DNA of 64,000 bases from Pristiophorus japonicus (lineage: Eukaryota). The notes beneath the pieces were generated by a model. It searched no databases. It was not told the origin of the DNA and saw only the letters and a list, made by a program, of their open reading frames with translations. Position numbers and translations under genes: made by a program. Position 1 is the stretch's first letter. Each line of letters begins with the position of its first letter. Below, piece by piece: positions 60,766 through 64,000 of the stretch. The stretch is from contig NC_091984.1 of the NCBI RefSeq assembly GCF_044704955.1, positions 148,800,001 through 148,864,000 of the forward strand, given 5' to 3'.

Positions 60766-62239
60766 GAATCTGTCGAGGAAATATTTAGCTTAAATTAACT
60801 CAGGCGGAGACTTTCAGAAGTGCACTTCGAGAGAATTTATTTTAAAAAGCGAGATATATCTCGGAGAGCCTGCTTGGACCGTACCAAGGCAAAAACTCTG
60901 CCGTACAGGCAAATTGTCCCCATCTTTATACAGAAATTGAATACAGAAATATAAAAGGAATCTTATTCATTAGTCCCGCGAGTATAAAGGTCGTCTCGGG
61001 AGGTGCACACTCTATCTATCCTTGCATAGTTTCTCTCTGTTCACAGTCTGATAAGCAGAATAAAAGGAGACTCCCTTTTAATACCAGATGGTCATTTAAT
61101 TTCATCTCTAAGTTTCAAGGCTAAAAAAGCGTGGCTATTTTTCTAGTCCTATTATTTCTTTAAGCATAGCAAAAACAGAATTTAACCCTTCCCTTTTCCA
61201 TAAGCCATAGATTCATAGATTCTTTCTTTCACATATAGCAATGCAGGTTGTTGCTGCTGTACCTGGAGGCTGGGCGTCACTGTGTGGATATACCCCGTGC
61301 ACCGAGTTCCGCAGTGAGGCCTCCCACAGTGGAATGGCCTGCCGATGCTCACTGCAGTGCGGAGTGGCTGCTGATCCGCCAATCGGTCTGAGACACCGCC
61401 TCACGAGCGGACAAGGAGATACACGCTGAGATCCACCATCAAATGGCACGTGGGGAACTGGAAATGATTCTGCAAATCTGACTGGAGGTTTGGTACAAAC
61501 GGCTTTTACAAACCAATCAATTGATTGACAAAGAAATTGTCTTTGTGAAACTTTGAAAATTGCAGCTCAATCAAATTGTGAGGGAAACTGGCAGTGATGT
61601 CTTCATACCAAAAGGGGGCGATGTTGGTTGCGAAAAGACCAAACTTAATGAACAAATCCCAGAAGCTGGGCAGAAGGGATTGGCTCCCGGTTAAGCAACG
61701 CCTCCGCTTCAAAATTTTCATCCTTGTTTTCAAATCCCTCCATGGACTCGCCCCTCCCTATCTCTGTTAGCTCCTCTAGTCCTAAAGCCCTCCGCCCCCC
61801 CGATACCTCGATGCTTTCCAATTCTGGCCTTTTGTAGATTGACGATTATAACCATTGGTGGCCGTGCCTTCAGCTGCCGAGGCCCTATAGTCTGGAATTC
61901 TCCCCCTAAATCTTTCCGCCACTCTAGCTTTCACTGCTTCTTCAGCACACTCCTTCAAACTCATCCCTTTGATCAAGCTTTCGCTCATCTATCCAAAAGT
62001 CTCCTGACATGGCTCGCTGTCAATCTTTGTTGTATAACGTTCCTGTGAAGCGCTCGGGGAGTTTTACTGTGTTAAAGGTGCTGTATAAAAGTTGCTGTTG
62101 TTGTTTGTTCTGAGTTAGCTGATCCAACTGAGGTCGGGATATGACTCACAGCTCAGACTGTGCGGCATCCAGTGATGCAATGTTGTATCGTGGGTTCAAG
62201 CCCCACTCCAGGGACCTGAGTGTAAAATAAAGGCATACA

Positions 62240-64000
62240 CTACTGTGCAGTCCTGAGGGAGTGCTGCCCTGTCAGAGGGGCAGTACTGAGGGAGTGCCAC
62301 ACTGTCAGAGGAGCAGTACTGAGGGAGTGCCGCACTGTCAGAGGGGCAGAACTGAGAGAGTGCTGCACTGTCAAAGGGGCAGTACTGAGGGAGTGCTGCA
62401 CAGTCGGAGGGGTAGTACTGACGGAGGGCTGCACTGTCAGAGGGGCTGTGCTGAGGGTGTGCTGTACTGTCAGAGCAGCATTACTGTGGGAGTGTTGCAC
62501 TGTCGGAGGGGCAGTACTGAGGGAACACTGCACAGTCGGAGGGTCAATACTGAGGCAGTGCTGCACATTCGAAGGGGAGGTACTGAGGGAGTGCTGCAAT
62601 GTCGGAGGGGCAGCACTGAGGTAGTGCTGCACTGTCGGAGGGGCAGTACTGAGGGAGCGCTGCACTGTGGGAGGGGTAGTCCTGAGGGAGTGCTGCACCG
62701 TCGGAGGGGTTGTACTGAGGGCTTGCCGCACTGTCGGAGGGGCAGTACTGAGTGAGTACTGCACTGTCAGAATGACAGTACTGAGGGAGCGCCGCACTTT
62801 CAGATGGGCAGTACTGAGGGAGTGCTGCACTGTCAGAGGAGTAGTACTGAGGGAGTGCTGCACTGTCAGAGGGGCAGTACTGAGTGAGCACTGCAGTGTC
62901 GGAGGGGCAGTACTGAGGGAGTGCTGTACTGTCGGAGGGGCAATGCTGAGGGAGTGCTGTACTGTCAGAGGGGCATTACTGAGGGAGTGCCGCAATATTA
63001 GAGAGACAGTACTATGGAGCAACGCACTGTCGGAGGGGCTGTACTGAGGGAGTGCTGCACTGTCGGAGGGCAGTACTGAGGGAGTGCCGCAATGTCAGAG
63101 CGGCAGTACTGAGGGAGTGCTGCACTGTCGGACCGGCAAACAGAGCGAGTGTGGCACTGTCAGAAGGGCAGTACTGAGGGAGTGCCACACTGTCGGAATG
63201 ACAGTACTGAGGGAGAGCTGCACTGTCGGAGGGCAGTACTGAGGGAGTGCCACACTGACGGAGGGGCAGTACTGAAGAATTGCTGCACTGTCGGAGGGGC
63301 AGTAATGAGGGAGTGCCGCACTGTCAGAGAGGCAGTACTGAGGGAGTGCCGCACTGTCGGAGGGTAGCAGTACTGAGGGAGTGCTGCACTGTCAGAGGGG
63401 CAGTACTGAGGGAGTGCCGCACTGTCGGAGGGGTAGTTCTGAGGGTGCACTGCACTGTCGGAGGGGCAGTACTGAGGTTGTGCTGCTCTGTTGGAGGGGC
63501 AGTACTCTTGGAGCGCTGTACTGTCGAAGGGGCAGTACTGAGGGAGTGCAGCCATGTTGGAGGGGCAGTGCTGAGAGAGTGCTGCCCTCTCGGAGGGGCA
63601 GTAGTGAGGGAGTGCCGCACTGTCAGAGGGGCAAATCTGAGGTCGTGACGCTCTGTCAGAGGGGCAGCACTGAGAGAGTGCAGCACTGTCGGAGGGGCAG
63701 TACTGAGTGAGTGCTGCACTGTCGGAGCGGCATTACTGAGGGAGTGCCGCACTGTCGGTAGGGAAGTACTAAGGGAGTGCCGCACTGTCGGAGGGGTTGT
63801 ACTGAGGGAGTGCCGTACTGTCGGAGGGGTAGTACTAAGGGTGTACTGCACAGTCAGAGGAGCAGTGCTGAGGGAGTGCTGCACTGTCAGAGAGGAAGGA
63901 CTGAGGGAGTGCTGCACTGTCAGAGGGGCAGTACTGAGGGAGTGCTGCACTGTCAGAGGGGTAGTACTGAGGGAGCGCTGCACAGTCAGAGGAGCAGTGC
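62240..64000 (+). repeat. 33-bp SINE-derived minisatellite (long, copy B; runs off window)
   Basis: 11-aa periodicity (TVQHSLSTAPL) in ORF track; >50 units. Confidence 0.95.

Larger units (their letters stand above)
45176..61233 (-). mobile_element. Endogenous retrovirus (epsilon-like/class I gag-pol, F-like env), with two nested insertions
   Basis: 463-bp LTRs 45176-45638 and 60771-61233, TG..CA, TSD TATAG, PPT 45639-45650, tRNA-Ser PBS. Confidence 0.97.

Noticed and set aside
62240-63983. 11-aa repeat ORFs
   Set aside because: Artefacts of the 33-bp satellite

Overview
Eukaryotic, repeat-saturated window that looks elasmobranch (shark): CR1 LINEs with an SGNH-type ORF1, Deu-domain SINEs, Gypsy elements and Harbinger-like MITEs. 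The only recognisable host gene segment is an intact immunoglobulin kappa-type (type III/NS4-like) light-chain constant exon (23195-23523). No V, J or RSS is visible in the 23 kb upstream. That stretch holds only a small unique island with B-cell enhancer-like motifs, a minisatellite-swollen MITE and a 5'-inverted CR1 whose TATA-monomer array points at the C exon. Downstream is a segmental duplication (A ~25838-31842; B ~40004-45175 plus 61234-end). Copy B is split by a 16 kb nested endogenous retrovirus complex. The outer provirus (tRNA-Ser PBS, TATAG TSD, empty site preserved in copy A) has an epsilon/class-I gag-pol. It also carries a 2H-phosphoesterase domain, a small Vpu-positioned transmembrane ORF and a non-gamma, paramyxo-F-like env. 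Inside its protease sits a pol-less LTR element with apparently identical LTRs, the same tRNA-Ser PBS and a second F-like env; a young CR1 interrupts gag. All coordinates and difference counts were read by eye and no database searches were run.
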